DNA of 64,000 nucleotides, from contig NC_042999.1 of the NCBI RefSeq assembly GCF_006345805.1, forward strand, positions 21,266,001 through 21,330,000. The letters run 5' to 3'. Below the pieces are notes generated by a model, which saw only the letters and a list, made by a program, of their open reading frames with translations, was not told the DNA's origin and ran no database searches. How positions within the stretch are numbered: the first letter of the stretch is position 1; each line of letters begins with the position of its first letter. This DNA is from Octopus sinensis. Taxonomy: Eukaryota. This document shows positions 25,880 through 39,905 of this stretch, piece by piece. Position numbers and translations under genes: made by a program.

Positions 25880-25994
25880 AGTCATTAGACTGCAGCCATT
25901 CTGAGGCGTAGACACACAAACACCTTTTGTCAAGCGGTGGTGGGGAACAAACAGAGACACACGTACACAAATATATATATTATACACACACACA

Positions 25995-26025
<31 letters not shown>

Positions 26026-26116
26026 ATATTATATTATATATATATAGTATATAATATATAATATATTTATTATATATATATATATATATATATGTATATC
26101 TATATATATATATGTA

Positions 26117-26174
<58 letters not shown>

Positions 26175-26300
26175 GGGTTTCTTTCAGTTTCCATCTACAA
26201 TTATTAAAAAGGTTGGACGGACGAGGCTATAGCAGAAGACACTTACCCAAGGCGTTACGTAGTGGGGCTGAACCCGGAAAATGTGGTTACGAAGCAAACT
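25880..26300 (-). mobile_element. SINE family A with expanded (TA)n
   Basis: Head at 26170-26300 and body at 25915-25960 match family A in reverse. Confidence 0.75.
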
Positions 26301-26652
26301 GCTTACCACACAGCCACATCTATAAAATCAAGAAATTAATTTCATAGATTTTCTACTTTTTCACATCTAACGTGTGGTGGGAGGTTTCAACGCTATAACG
26401 AATCATAATGGCACCGATGTGTCACTTGGTGTCTTATCCTATTTGGAAAGGGGCTGAACCCACACTATTTCAGATAATTTCTTCGAATGTGTGCGAAAGA
26501 ATAGGGAAAAGAACAGAAACAAAGAAACAGTGACTCAAAAACTGTATCTCACCAGTCCTTGGTTTTATTGTCATCGCAATATTTTATCTGTGATCACAGA
26601 GAAAATGTTAGGTGAAGCTGAAATGAGTTAGATTTGAAATTAAATCACAGAT

Positions 26653-26957
26653 GTTGTTGTTTGTTTCTCACGAGCCATGCCTGGCTCATAAGGGCCAGTT
26701 TTCCGGTTTCATTGGCGTATAGTTTTCCCACCTGGACGGGACGCCGGTCAGTCGCAGGTCAGCTGCCAGATGCAGGCGGAAAGAATGAGAGAAAGTTGTG
26801 GCGAAAGAGTCAGCAGAAGTTCGCTCTATTTTCTGCAGTAGCCGCGTAGAGCTTGGATGTTTCGTTCATAAACGCACACATCGAGCGGTCTGAGATTCAA
26901 ACCCATGATCCCTCGACCGCGCGTCTGCTACTCTAACCACTAGGCCACATGCCGCTA
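26653..26957 (-). mobile_element. SINE family C
   Basis: Close match to 52612-52915. Confidence 0.85.
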
Positions 26958-28172
26958 CTAATCCCAGATAACAAGACAAAATTCTACAAAATATCGTGCA
27001 CAACGTTCCAACGATACTGGGGCATATAGCTTACTCCTCTACAGTATTCTTTCTACAATAGACACAGGAATTAAAGTTTCGGTGGATTTAATAGTCATAT
27101 ACAAGAACTCCTTTCTTATACGCTACTTATTTTATCTACCTCAAAAGTATGTGAGCAAAGCCACGACCTGTGTAAAACTTGAGACCAGAACGCAAAGATC
27201 CGGACAAAATGCCCCCGTAAAGATCTTTGTCCAGTGTACTTACGGTCCTACCAGATTGCTACATTCCCCATAGAGCCTATTATACAAGTATGTAGTAACT
27301 CACGTGTGTTTTATCGTGGACTTTGATTAGACCTTATCACTAATCAGTGCGACAATTAGCAGATCTAATCAGGCCGCATTGTAATAAGCTGGCATTCCAA
27401 CCACATGCTCCCTGGTTCTGTCCCACGGGACGGTAACTTAGGTAAGTGAATTCTCCAATAGTTCCGGGAAGATTCATGAATTGTATATGAATTTGGTAAA
27501 CAAATATAACTATTCTTGAGCGTCTTTGTGCTAGTCTCCCACTAGAGTTTACAATCGTTTACAACTAGCGGTTTGGTAAAAAAAAGAAACCTACATGGCC
27601 GTCACTACTTTGGTATGTATCCTGAGGGCTAAGATTCGCTGAACGAATTTTGAAATAACGGTCGTATTTTCCAACATTGTTGCTAGAGCATTCCACATAA
27701 AAAAACTAATATACACTTTTTTCTCACATTAGAAATATTCCTAACTACACTGAATATAAAAGTTAATCTCTTTGAGTGTTGGATGATGGAATGACTGAAT
27801 CGTGGAAAAGGTAAAAGAGAAAACCATCTGCCCGGAGTTGTCTCCCGTCTATGTCATACTGATTAAAATAATACCGTTATTTATCTCGTGATCACATTTC
27901 GTTATCACTTACATGTTCATAATTAGATCTTCAACTTCCTTAACATTAAATATATTAACACCAACTTCAACCTTATCATCCGAAAGTTTGTTTCCCGGCA
28001 AGTATATTTCCAGACATCTGTCTTTAATTATATAGAAGCTCAGACTCTTTGAGAAATCGATTTCAAAAGAGGAGAGACGAAAATATTATATGATCATTTA
28101 GATAAATTGTTGAAGATATGTGTGTGTTTGTCTGCGGTTGTGTGAGGGGGTATACATATACATATATATATT

Positions 28173-28220
<48 letters not shown>

Positions 28221-28312
28221 TATATATGTTTGTTTGTATGTATTTATGTACGTATATATATATATACATGTATGCATGTGTATATATGTATATATATGTA
28301 TATATATATATA

Positions 28313-28365
<53 letters not shown>

Positions 28366-28369
<4 letters not shown>

Positions 28370-28746
28370 ATTATTGGTGAATTGAAGAAATGGAGCTGAA
28401 CGCAGATTGAACAGAAATCGTTTTATTCATTCTACACGTGTTTCGAAAGGCACAATTACCAAAATCCGATAGAATAATGGGACCATATTGTGTCTTCTCT
28501 TCAGGTAGAAAAAAGGAAATCCGTTGGAAAACAAAAAAACAGAACAGAGGCGGAGCACAAAAAACTGTTCTGTTTTTGTTTTTCCAACGGATTTCCTTTT
28601 TTCTACCTGAAGAGAAAGACACAATATGGTCCCATTATTCAATCGGATTTTGGTAATTGTGCCTTTCGAAACACGTGTAGAATGAAATAAAACGATTTCT
28701 GTTCAATCTGCGTTCAGCTCCATTCTTCAATTCACCAATAATGTTT
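28366..28746. repeat. 381-bp near-perfect palindrome (182-bp arms, 17-nt loop)
   Basis: Arms 28366-28547 and 28565-28746 differ by one substitution and a few homopolymer indels. Confidence 0.95.
28601..28684 (+). ncRNA. Hammerhead-like motif with extended stem II (mirror copy 28428-28511, minus strand)
   Basis: CTGAAGA-GAAAGacacaat...attgtgcCTTTC-GAAA-CACGTG-TA; palindromic stem III ACACGTGT. Stem I register is ambiguous. Confidence 0.6.
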
Positions 28747-28893
28747 TAATTTCAATTATCCGCACCAACGCACGGTTGCAACGCCAGATGGTGTACCTCC
28801 AACCGTGCTGTTTCTGCTGTGATTTTTGCTACTAAGGTATCGGTTAAAACTTTGATTAATCTACTACAAGATATTCATCTTTCTATTTCACAG

Positions 28894-28945
<52 letters not shown>

Positions 28946-29210
28946 GTATGTAGATATACATATACATACATACATGTATATATTGAAAAACTTTCTCAGA
29001 ACTTAGTTATACAGATATCTGGATGATTGGATGTGTGTGCCCGCCAGTACGCTCGACTGTGTGGGTCTACGTATATATATATATATATATACTTGCAGAT
29101 ATAACTACAGAAAGACGAGTATACCCACGTGCGAGTCTATATGTGTAGATATTATGTATAATCATTTTCTAAGCGCAGCAATAAACTTGTGAGTGCGCAA
29201 ATATGTATGC

Positions 29211-29214
<4 letters not shown>

Positions 29215-29243
<29 letters not shown>

Positions 29244-29298
29244 TGTATGTATGTATGTATGTATGTATGTATGTATGTATGTGTGTATGTATGTATGT
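29215..29298. repeat. (TATG)n microsatellite
   Basis: Directly visible. Confidence 0.95.
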
Positions 29299-29871
29299 GC
29301 ATCGATGTACAAGCACAATCTATTTCATAAGCAAAAATAATCTCGATCTATGAAATGTAATCTATTAATTTTTATCGTTCGGGTGATTAATTAAAAGTAA
29401 TTCCATTTTGTGTTTTGATTTCGGTTTCTTTAGCTTTATTGAATATTGACTTTCTTGCTGCTCTCTTTCTTCTATCATTAAAGCTGGTCTTCAGCAGACA
29501 ATGTATTGTATGTTAGACAATAAGACTTCTTAAAAAGGAAATGTAGGGTAAAAGGCAAAAAAACAATTGAGACTATGGTTCTGATTGAAACAAGATAATT
29601 GTTAGCTTATCTCATTTGCGTATTTTTAATAGCTTGACGTTGATACATAAATCACAACAGGCCAAGCACTGATGAAAGAACGAAAAATATCGTCGACAAA
29701 TAGAGACATTATATATGTGTATATATATAATATATATATATATTATATATATATATATATATATAATATATATATATTGCATGAATAATTTATTTCGACA
29801 CGATGGAATCTTACAAACTATTTCTTTTTGCTCGTACATCATTTGGTCGTATATAAATAATTGCGTACAGA

Positions 29872-29913
<42 letters not shown>

Positions 29914-30331
29914 CGTGTGCGTGTGTGTGTATGTATGTGTGTGTAGGACTATGCACACCGCCACCGCAATCCTCACCATTACTCACCCACACTTGCTCTC
30001 CTCCAAACTCATCCACAAGAATTACACACGTACACAACAAGAGTTTAAAAGAAATTCAAAATGCCTTCTAGGTGCTTACGCTTGTATTGTTTGACCCAAG
30101 TCTCCTGGAAATTTTCTGAAAGTGACAATTATTGTCTTTCCTTTTTTTGTTCAGGTATTCTTAACAAGATGCCGGAAGGACGGTGGCGTTAATTTCACGG
30201 CAAGGTGCATTTTGATATATTCACCGAGTACCATACGAGTACTGGGTAACATACGTGGTGGACCAGACAATATGCTGGCGCCAGTCAGTTGATAATTCTA
30301 TGGAGTAAATGAGTAACATTTACTTTTCCCC

Positions 30332-30470
30332 GGAGTGGCTATCTGGTAAGTAACTTGCTTACCAACCACAATGTTCCGGGTTCAGTCCCATTGCGTGGCA
30401 CCTTGGGTAATTGTCTACTACTATAGCCTTGTGAGTGGATTTGGTAGACGGAAACTGAAAGAAGTCTGTC

Positions 30471-30532
<62 letters not shown>

Positions 30533-30752
30533 GTGTGTGTGTATGTGCCTGTGTTTGTCCACCCCACCATCGCTTGACAATCGATGGTGGTGTGTTTTCG
30601 TCTCCGTAACTTAGCGGTTCGGCAAAAGAGACCGATAGACTAAGTACTAGGCTTACAAAGAATAAGTCCTGGTGTCGATTTGCTCATCTAGAAGTGGTGC
30701 TCCAGCATGGCCGCAGTCAAATGACTGAAACAAATAAAAGAAAAAGAAAGAA
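30332..30752 (+). mobile_element. SINE family A
   Basis: Colinear with 11610-12026. Confidence 0.9.
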
Positions 30753-31062
30753 TTAGCTATAACATAGATATCCATATTGATCAAAGAAAATCTCGAAGTT
30801 AACTTCAGTAGATTTAATTAAAATTTCGAAAATTTGTTTTTTATATTGATGTTTTCTAGATAAAATTTCCGTTCATGGATTTCATGAACATTCCCAGTCA
30901 AAGATTTTTCGGTGGTATATTTGATGCCTGTATGACCCTACATAACGTTTTATAGTATTTTGTTCCCGGAAGTGAAGAAGCATATAAAACACACAGAATA
31001 TACCAGTATATAACTCCTTCTTACAATGAAACCATCTTTTGATGATACAATCAGTACAGATA

Positions 31063-31295
31063 AGGCGGCGAACTGGCAGAATCGTTAGCACGCCAGATGA
31101 AATGCTGAGCGATATTTCGTCTGCCAATATGTTCTGAGCTCAAATTCTGACGAGGTCGACTTTGCCATTCATCCTTTCGGGGTCGATTAAATAAGTACCA
31201 GTTACGCACTGGGGTCGATATAATCGACTAAATCCGTTTGTCTGTCCTTGTTTGCCCTCTCTGTGTTTAGTCCCTTGTAGGTAGTAAAAAAATAG
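31063..31295 (+). mobile_element. SINE family B with diverged TSD
   Basis: Full unit; tcagtac(a/t)gat at 31051-31061 and 31300-31310. Confidence 0.9.
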
Positions 31296-31530
31296 ATAGT
31301 CAGTACTGATTTTGCGCAGAGACGTGCATGTACAATGTACTTCGCACGTTCTTCTGTCTCTTTTTACCTATGCTAGCCAAAAATTTACAGCAAAATTTAA
31401 GCTCTCGTTGTTCGAAAAACTTTAAAGTTGCAGTTATTTCCTTAGATCTGTGCTAGCAGTTTTATTCCGTTTCAATTTCTTTCCTCAATTGTAAGCAAAT
31501 TCCAGTACAATTGCTTTTGAACATCAACAT

Positions 31531-31919
31531 TGAAATTAAATCTTCTTTATGGGAGAAACTCACTGTTTGTCAATCTGCTTACATTCTCCCTACTAAAATT
31601 TGATGAAAACCCTCAAGTCATAACACTGCCCTTGAAAATAGCACAAGCTTTCTTTACTTTCCGTACCTCATAACTAATTTTGCGCATGCTGCTTGCTTGC
31701 GAGTTTATAAGCACAGCTGAAATAAATCTTCTTTATGGGAGAAACTCACTGTTTGTCAATCTGCTTACATTCTCCCTACTAAATTTTGATGAAAAACCTC
31801 AAGTCATAACACTGCCCTTGAAAATAGCACAAGTCTTCTTTACTTTCCGTACCTCATAACTAATTTTGCGCATGCTGCTTGCTTTGCGAGTTTATAAGCA
31901 CAGCTGAAATAAATCTTCT
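31531..31919. repeat. 187-bp tandem duplication (2 units plus the start of a third)
   Basis: Units start at 31531, 31718 and 31905 (tgaaat(t)aaatcttct); near-identical. Confidence 0.95.
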
Positions 31920-32659
31920 GAGAGCTCCTTGGAATATTTTCATTGTTCTGCAATCGAATGGATATGAGCATTCACACTCCGTATAATGATATACAACACT
32001 TCCATTTGCTATTCAATATGCACCATCACAAACATCGAGAACATTTGACCTTTCTCCAATATCATTAGTATTCATTTTCCTTCTACTTGTTTCTTATTCA
32101 AAGGATGCTGGCTGTTGCCATATACTTCCTGTAGCAACCGTTGTTTTTCTTCTATTATATCTAGCTATAAACTTTACTCCACCGACAACACTGATATCTG
32201 CACGAATATCAAAATATTCTTCTAACCGGCCTGTTTTCATATCACGTTATCTGCTTCTTGTCTTTCATTTTACGTTCCTTCTTCCAGAATCACAATGATA
32301 TCCAATATCTCAGTCTCTTCTGATCAATTCTATCTTCAAACGGAAAAAAAATCGGTTAATTATTCAATTAAATCAAGACGTAACTAATATACATATACAA
32401 ACTCAGGAGAATGGCAATCCAAGTCTTTATGTCACAAATTAGCAGTTGCATATGATATTCCTTCAGAATGTAGCACGTTATAAAATTATATTCTGCTCAT
32501 GTTTCTGAACAAAAGTTCGATACATGAACGAGGAATCAATATCGTCAGAGTATTTCAGCAGTCGCGCAGCCAAATGTGGGTTACGCTAATTTATTTCACC
32601 GCAGCTATTGCTGACGCACTCTTTGTCTTTTCCTGGACTGAAGCCTTATTACCTATATA

Positions 32660-32716
<57 letters not shown>

Positions 32717-33013
32717 ACACATGCATATCCTCTATGTGATATATATATATATATATGGTGTGCATATACATGTATATGTATATATACCTTTCTGTATATA
32801 TATATATATTTAGATATATAATAATATATATTATATATATATATATATGTATATTTATATATATGCACATTGTCTGGTTTTAAAAGCCCATTAGACGCCA
32901 TGTCGGATCTAAAGTGTAAGTACAATAACCGGTCTGATTCTGCATAAGGCGCAAACAACCACTATATGCATATACATGTATACATACATACATACATACA
33001 TACACACACACAC

Positions 33014-33078
<65 letters not shown>

Positions 33079-33114
33079 TTGTGTGTGTGTGTGCGTGTGT
33101 GTATGTGTGTGTGT

Positions 33115-33375
33115 GTCACAGCTTTGCGATGCTCCTCTACCCTTATTTTGAGGGGGCGGCATGTTTCGCCTTTGTATAACCTACCACAGCTGTATGGGAT
33201 GGAGTACACACAGTTTTTGGTCATATTCTCATGTATTGGTGGTTTTACCCGAAGGAGATATTTGCGAAGTGTTGTAGTACTCTTGATGACTGTCCTGATG
33301 TCATATGGGCCGCATATCTTTTGCATCCTTTCGGAGAGGCTTTTCACATAGGGTAGTTTCAAGATCATATGCGCA
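33115..33375 (-). mobile_element. Penelope-like element fragment (GIY-YIG region)
   Basis: LPYVKSLSERMQKI...TLRKYLLRVKP...NCVYSIPYSCGRLYKGETCRPLKIRVEEHRKAV, cut by a (CA)/(TA) tract. Confidence 0.9.
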
Positions 33376-33957
33376 GTTGGTGCTATTTCATGCAAATAGA
33401 CGCAGAAAATATTTTACAATCAATTTTTTCCATTTTCGGAGATGAAGTAGATTGCGACTAAAATATCGACTGACTATTGCTTGCAGAAAATTGCATCAAG
33501 TGCGCATCCCTACTTGAATTTGGAAGGTACTACCAGTATATCTTCGTCCTTGTTATTATTGAGGAATTTCTGGGATTGTGAACTAGGAAAACCCTATCTA
33601 TATACAACCTGATTGGCATACAGGTTCGATAAGTATATAATCACTATTTCATAGATACACAGCAACATATTTGCATGTATGTATATCTTCATTTAGGCAC
33701 ACACATGTGTGTGTGTTTGTGTGTCTGTGTTTGTGTGTCTATGTCTGTGTGTCTGTGTCTGTGTGTCAGTGTGCATAGATAATATAAGTATCCAAGTGAG
33801 ATGGAATTTTTTCAGATCCTCAACATGGAAAAATTACAATATACACAAGTTTCTGACTTTGTTTATGAGGGAATAAAATATCATTACTGCTTAAAATTTC
33901 CAATTTGGTTTAATTAGACTGGTTGGGGAATACAAAATATTTTGATATATTAACCAT

Positions 33958-34255
33958 GTGTCACGGTTGGATCCACGTAAAGCAACTGGGCCTGATGGTA
34001 TTCCAGACATTGTTCTTCAGAAGTGCTCTCCTGAGTTGTCTTCTATCGTATGTAGGGTCTTCCGAAAGTCTATCTTAGAATCTTGTTTTCGTTCTTTACG
34101 AAAATTCCCAACTGTTGTTCCTGTCTTTAAGAACTGTGATGATCGTGCTGGACGGTCTACTGCTGATCTTCTCACTGTTATATCCGACTGTGGCTAACGT
34201 GCCTTAAACGTATCTGGTCAAGCTAAGGTAGTTGCTCTTAATATCTTAATATCTA
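33958..34255 (+). mobile_element. CR1/L2/Jockey-group LINE RT fragment
   Basis: LDPRKATGPDGIPDIVLQKCSPELS...VVPVFKN, then SGQAKVVALNIS (ALDISKAFD-like) after a deletion. Confidence 0.85.
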
Positions 34256-34366
34256 CATTATGGATTATATTGCCCCTAGGGTGATATTAATTATAGCGTA
34301 AATACACTCCCTTTGCAAAGCATTAACAGAATTTAACTATTATAAAAGAAATAACACATACGTTTG

Positions 34367-34456
34367 ATGTGGAATTTGAACTCAGAACATAACGGTAGCC
34401 GAAATACCGCTAAGCATTTCGCCCGGAGTGCTAACGATTCTGCCAGCTCGCCGCTT
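34367..34456 (-). mobile_element. SINE family B head fragment
   Basis: ggaatttgaactcagaac...gattctgccagctcgccgc. Confidence 0.85.
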
Positions 34457-35955
34457 TAAAATATATTCGACAGCATTTTAATCCAGGAGGAGTTGATCAT
34501 GTAACACCCGTTTCTTGTTTAGCTTTATATATTCTGTAGTTTTCTACCACTTTACTCCAAAGCATGAGTTTATTGACTAGTAACAACTGTTCACCATGCC
34601 TAAGTGAAATTGTAAAATAATATAATTGTTTACAGCTACTTAGCTCAGAATTCTTTAAAAAATTTTTCACCAAGCAATGGTAACTTGCTTTTAGAAATAA
34701 CTAATATTTTTATTTTAATGTATGTCTATCTTAGTTTATTTAGTTGTGAATGAGATAGTAATTTACTTAGAATACTGATGCAAATAAATCTTAATACTGT
34801 CGTAATGCAAAAAATTTCCAGTAATGCGTAGGATTAATTTTATGAATATCCGTCAATAAGTATCATATTTACATACACCGCTTGATCGTTGAATACAGGA
34901 AACTTCAATTTTTATTTTCCACTAGTTTAGCATATGTAATTAGCTTTCACTGATTTCAGATAAAATTATTTCAACATTTTTAATGTAATCGCAATAAAGT
35001 ATACAAATACATAAGATTTAATTACAACCATTGACAATTTGAAATTAATTTACATATCAAAGAGAATATTATAGAAAAGCTGAAAAGCATGAAACGGTTT
35101 AGTTTTTAGACATGATCAATATTAAACATAAAATAATGTACATAAAAAGAAAGATAATTTTAATCGAATTCACATCAATTTCTGTATAAGTAAATAACAT
35201 CTATTTACTGATTCTACTTCTATAAACAAAATAAAAATATGATACTAATCTAAATTTCAACACGGGGAACTAGCATATTTAAAATGTGAAATCGTTTCAT
35301 ATTATTAAGAAATGCGCATAAAAGGTATGAAAAAATCAGTTGTTGTACGAAAGTTGTTACATGTAAATCCTCAAAATATAATAAAATATAACAGAATGTG
35401 TAAATGTAATATTTGCCAATATTTAATAAGAAATATACCACAAGCATCGTAACATTTCAATAGATGATTCTGAACACTATAAAAGACACCTGCATGAGCT
35501 AGTTTTAGTTCGGCTATAGAATGAGTGTATAGTTAATATGAAAAATAATACGCGAATAACAAAATACTATTGTTTGCATTGATAGATACAAAGTTACAAT
35601 TACAAGTATATTTCTACTAATCAGATTATATCAGGCAAACGTTAATGTGGTAAACAGAAAGATATATATACCACCCTACCAAACTGACGTTTGGCTATAA
35701 TCAATTATATTTCCAGACAAGAGAAGAAATTTATAGAATTCTCAACAGATATTAATCTGTCAATTATAAACATCTGGCATAAATACAAAGATGTTTAGAT
35801 GCAGCAGAGGTATGTTTTGTTCTCTTGTAACTTCCAATAAAATGTCATATTTGTTACATTTGTGGAGAATAGCTTACTGAATACGGGCTGACTTAATGAA
35901 CTAATTTTACAGATATAGGGAAATTTAACCCCACTCCGATCCACTATGTACATAC

Positions 35956-35991
<36 letters not shown>

Positions 35992-36112
35992 TCATCTGCA
36001 CATTCAAAAACGATACATTTCACATATAGACACGCATGCACACACAGACACAAACACAAACATATATATACATATATAAATGCGTATATATATATATGCA
36101 TGTATATATATA

Positions 36113-36155
<43 letters not shown>

Positions 36156-36176
36156 TTTACGTGTATAACTAATTTA

Positions 36177-36265
<89 letters not shown>

Positions 36266-36269
36266 AATT

Positions 36270-36318
<49 letters not shown>

Positions 36319-36356
36319 TATATCAATATTTTTATATCTATCTATCTATCTATCAA

Positions 36357-36411
<55 letters not shown>

Positions 36412-36795
36412 ATAAAGCCATGTAGATATAACCGTATAAGACTATTATTTCCCATTTTTCTTTACACTAAAACACATACACATAAAGATACACATCACAA
36501 TATATACACGGCCTCTGCATGTCTCAGCAAATCAGGATTCAGTCAATGGAATGCCACTCTTCACTACACAAGTTTGGGAAACCATCTTTGTTTTGCTACA
36601 AAGAGACGAGTTGTTAGAACATTGGAAAATATGCTTTGCAGCATTTTTTTCTGGCTCTTTATATTCTGAATTCTGAATCCTATCTAGTTTTTTTCTGTCT
36701 TTCGTCATCCTGGCGTCGATGAAATAATGCTCCATTCAAGTACTAGATTATTCACTTCAAATATTGCATCCTCACCCGGTGGCATTCTGCTTTAA

Positions 36796-37386
36796 GCACG
36801 CCATATAACCCCTTATAAACTTTTATATATTTTTAAGAATTTTCAGAAAAAAGGTTGTGCTAATTTGTCTTCTACACAAGTATGATAAACCAAAAATATA
36901 ATATCCAAGCCCTCCTAACCACTACGCCATATGGCGTAGTGGTTAAGTGCGCTGGCTGCTAAACCCAAGATTCCGAGTTCGATTTAAAGTAGTGACCTGA
37001 ACAACAATAATAATAAAAGCCAATACAAAGAAGTTTTTTAGTGTGTGATTTAAGGGTGTATGTTTTGGTGTGCGATATAGCTCTTATTTACCACACGTAT
37101 CACGACCACCTGATAGCTTCCTCTGACGTATTGATGTTTTTCAATATCTTTCTCCCCATAAGCACATTTAATAGTCTATGATGAAACTGAAGCAAAAAAT
37201 TCGAACTGTCCGTATTTTAAACTGAGATTTAAAACAAATTTCGAAAAACTCAAAAAACTTTTTTAAAGCATTCGAATTTTTTAAAATTATGCTCGTTTGA
37301 ACACCCGTGAGTAGAACACAAATACGGAATTTTTTTCTGAAAATTTCAAAAAACTAAATAAAGTTATGAAAGTTTATATGGCGTGC
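36796..37386. mobile_element. MITE-like element with ~100-bp imperfect TIRs between TTAA sites
   Basis: TTAA-gcacgccatataa... (36792) and ...ttatatggcgtgc-TTAA (37387-37390); the inverted match extends through aattttcagaaaaa and ttctac. Confidence 0.6.
36931..36995 (+). mobile_element. tRNA-derived SINE head fragment
   Basis: A-box-like TGGCGTAGTGG and B-box-like GAGTTCGATT, followed by (AAT)n. Confidence 0.6.
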
Positions 37387-37972
37387 TTAAATCATAATTC
37401 GACTTTCACTCTCTGAAAATTATTATTCCTCTGCCTAAATCATTTTAGAGACAGCGTTTAGAAATATATTTTCGCAAATCGGTGTGTAAAAGATTGATAG
37501 GCATATAACTTGCAACAGTATCGTTGTGCTGGTTGGTGTAACATTCCAAAAATATTACACCAACGTCTAACAATTTCGGTAATCAATCGTCTCAGGTAAG
37601 AAGAAAGGCAACTTTCACCTGGATTGGGAGATAATGAAACAAACAGAATTACTTAGAGAAATATTAAAACGTATCATACTAATCATAGTCACTGATAGCA
37701 TACTGTCTTTTACACACACTTGCACGAATACAACATGCATGCACAGACACATATAGACACAGACGTAAATAAATACAGCCGCGAATTCAAAGGCTAGCAT
37801 AAGCATTTGTTGGCTTGGTGTCAGGCGTTTGATGCCAGCGACATATGAATAAGAATACAAATTATTATTATTACTATTATTATTATTATTGTTACTATTA
37901 TTATGAAAGAAATTATCATTATCATTATTTTTATTATTATATTAATTATTATTATTATTATTATTATTATTA

Positions 37973-38013
<41 letters not shown>

Positions 38014-38570
38014 GAGTAAGAGAGCAGTGCATTCCATCAAAGTGACACTGGGGTACAAATATACGAAGCCCAGTATACCCATCATGACTACCCGTCTGAT
38101 AAGGGTACACCAGGCACATACATCACAACCATATGTGCGCGACATGGTGATCTCATAACAAGATAAACAGCGCATGACCTGGCGGGTGGGGCCCAGTTAG
38201 AACTTTCTTCTGGTTGGGTAACCCATCCCACTCAAAAGGTCCCTGATTAAGGGTTGTTTAAGGATGTTGAATGAAACACCCATGTTTCCAGGGGCGAATC
38301 ATTCAAACCCCAAAGAATCCCTCTCAACACATGGCTATGATGCTCCCCCACTACTTCTGCTCGTGATCAGGGATGTACATATCGTCAGCCACTAAGGGAC
38401 ATGCTCAACTGGTTAAGGTCAAGCAACTGACAAACAAATCTGTGGTATTGAGCAGAATATTTGCTGTAGCCCATCTTTTATACCAAGACAAAACAATGTA
38501 CATGGTTAACACTTCCAATCAGTTAGATCAGAAGCCATGAGAGCCACTGCCTGGTACTGCATCAGGACAT
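38014..38570 (+). mobile_element. Family D element, full length
   Basis: Same termini as 19710-20266; (TTA)n on both sides. Confidence 0.9.
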
Positions 38571-39321
38571 TTATTATTATTATTATTATTATTATATTAT
38601 TATTATTATTATTATATTATTATTATTATTATTTTGACTAATATGAACAAATGCATGATGCTCTGTAAATCCGCTTCATTCATCACTTCACTTCACCTCT
38701 GAATCCATCGTATTAAGTGAATCCTACAATATACTTATATTCTGTCCTCCATTTCCTTAGCCTCTCTCTTTTCACCAGCACAATTGCTCTATCTCAAAAT
38801 GTGATCGCCTTCCCCTATCTCGCTTCGGCTCTCATACCCCATTCCACTACCACCACCACCACCACCACCAGTCCAATTCATGGTGATGTACAACACTTAA
38901 ACAAGACCCAGATCTAGTTTCAATGTTGTGTTGATCGTTTCTGATGGCATCGTCATTTTTTATAGTATATTTTAATCAATTTTAATTATCGAATGTTAAA
39001 ACTGCATTAATTACCAAGTAATAGGTATCTTTAAAATTTTTTGCCAATTAGCGAAAACAGATTTGTTGCATGGAAACAGCCCATTATTTCCTTTCCGTAT
39101 AAGTACTTTCAGGTTGATGAAAATCAATACACTTTATAGGATTACTTACTTGTAGTTAACTGTACAACAACATTCATGTTACGTAGTTGCTTTATATGGT
39201 TTAACTGTTGCAGCGTGTGCGAACTCTGCTATGTCAAACGGTTATGCAAACAACACATATTATTGTAATAACAGTAACTGACAACATTGAAAATAAGATA
39301 CATTGTATATCATCACATGAC

Positions 39322-39905
39322 ACTTGGGGCAATTGTCTTCTACTATAGCCTCGAGTCGACCAAAACCTTGTGAGTGGAATTTGGTAGACGGAAACTGAAG
39401 GAAGCCAGACGTATATATGTATATATATAGGGCGGCGAGCTGGCAGAAACGTTAGCACGCTGGGCGAAATGCGTAGCTGTATTTCGTCTGTCGTTACGTT
39501 CCGAGTTCAAATTCCGCCAATGTCGACTTTGCCTTTCATAATTTCGGTGTCGATAAATTAAGTACCATTTATGCACTGGGGTCGATGTAATCGACTTAAT
39601 CCGTTTGTCTGTCCTTGTTTGTTCCCTCTGTGTTTAGCCCCTTGCAGGTAGTAAAGAAATATACATGTATATATATATGTATGTGTGTGTATATGTTTGT
39701 GTGTCTGTGTTTGTCCCCATAACCGCACGTGACAACCGATGGTGGTGTGTTTACGTCCCCGTAACTTAGCGGTTCGGCAAAGAGTCCTATAGAATAAGTA
39801 CTGGGCTTACAAAGAATAAGTCCTGGGATCGAATTCCTCGACTAAAGGCGGTGCTCCAGCATGGCCGTAGTCAAACGACTGAAACAAGTAAGAGAATAAA
39901 AGAGT
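39322..39905 (+). mobile_element. SINE family A interrupted by a SINE family B copy (39430-39660)
   Basis: A body at 39322-39420 resumes at 39661; a complete B unit sits in the internal (TA) tract. Confidence 0.9.

Noticed and set aside
30150-30290. Polypyrimidine-CAG followed by an open stretch, as a host exon
   Set aside because: No recognisable protein and no partner exons; may be a repeat fragment.
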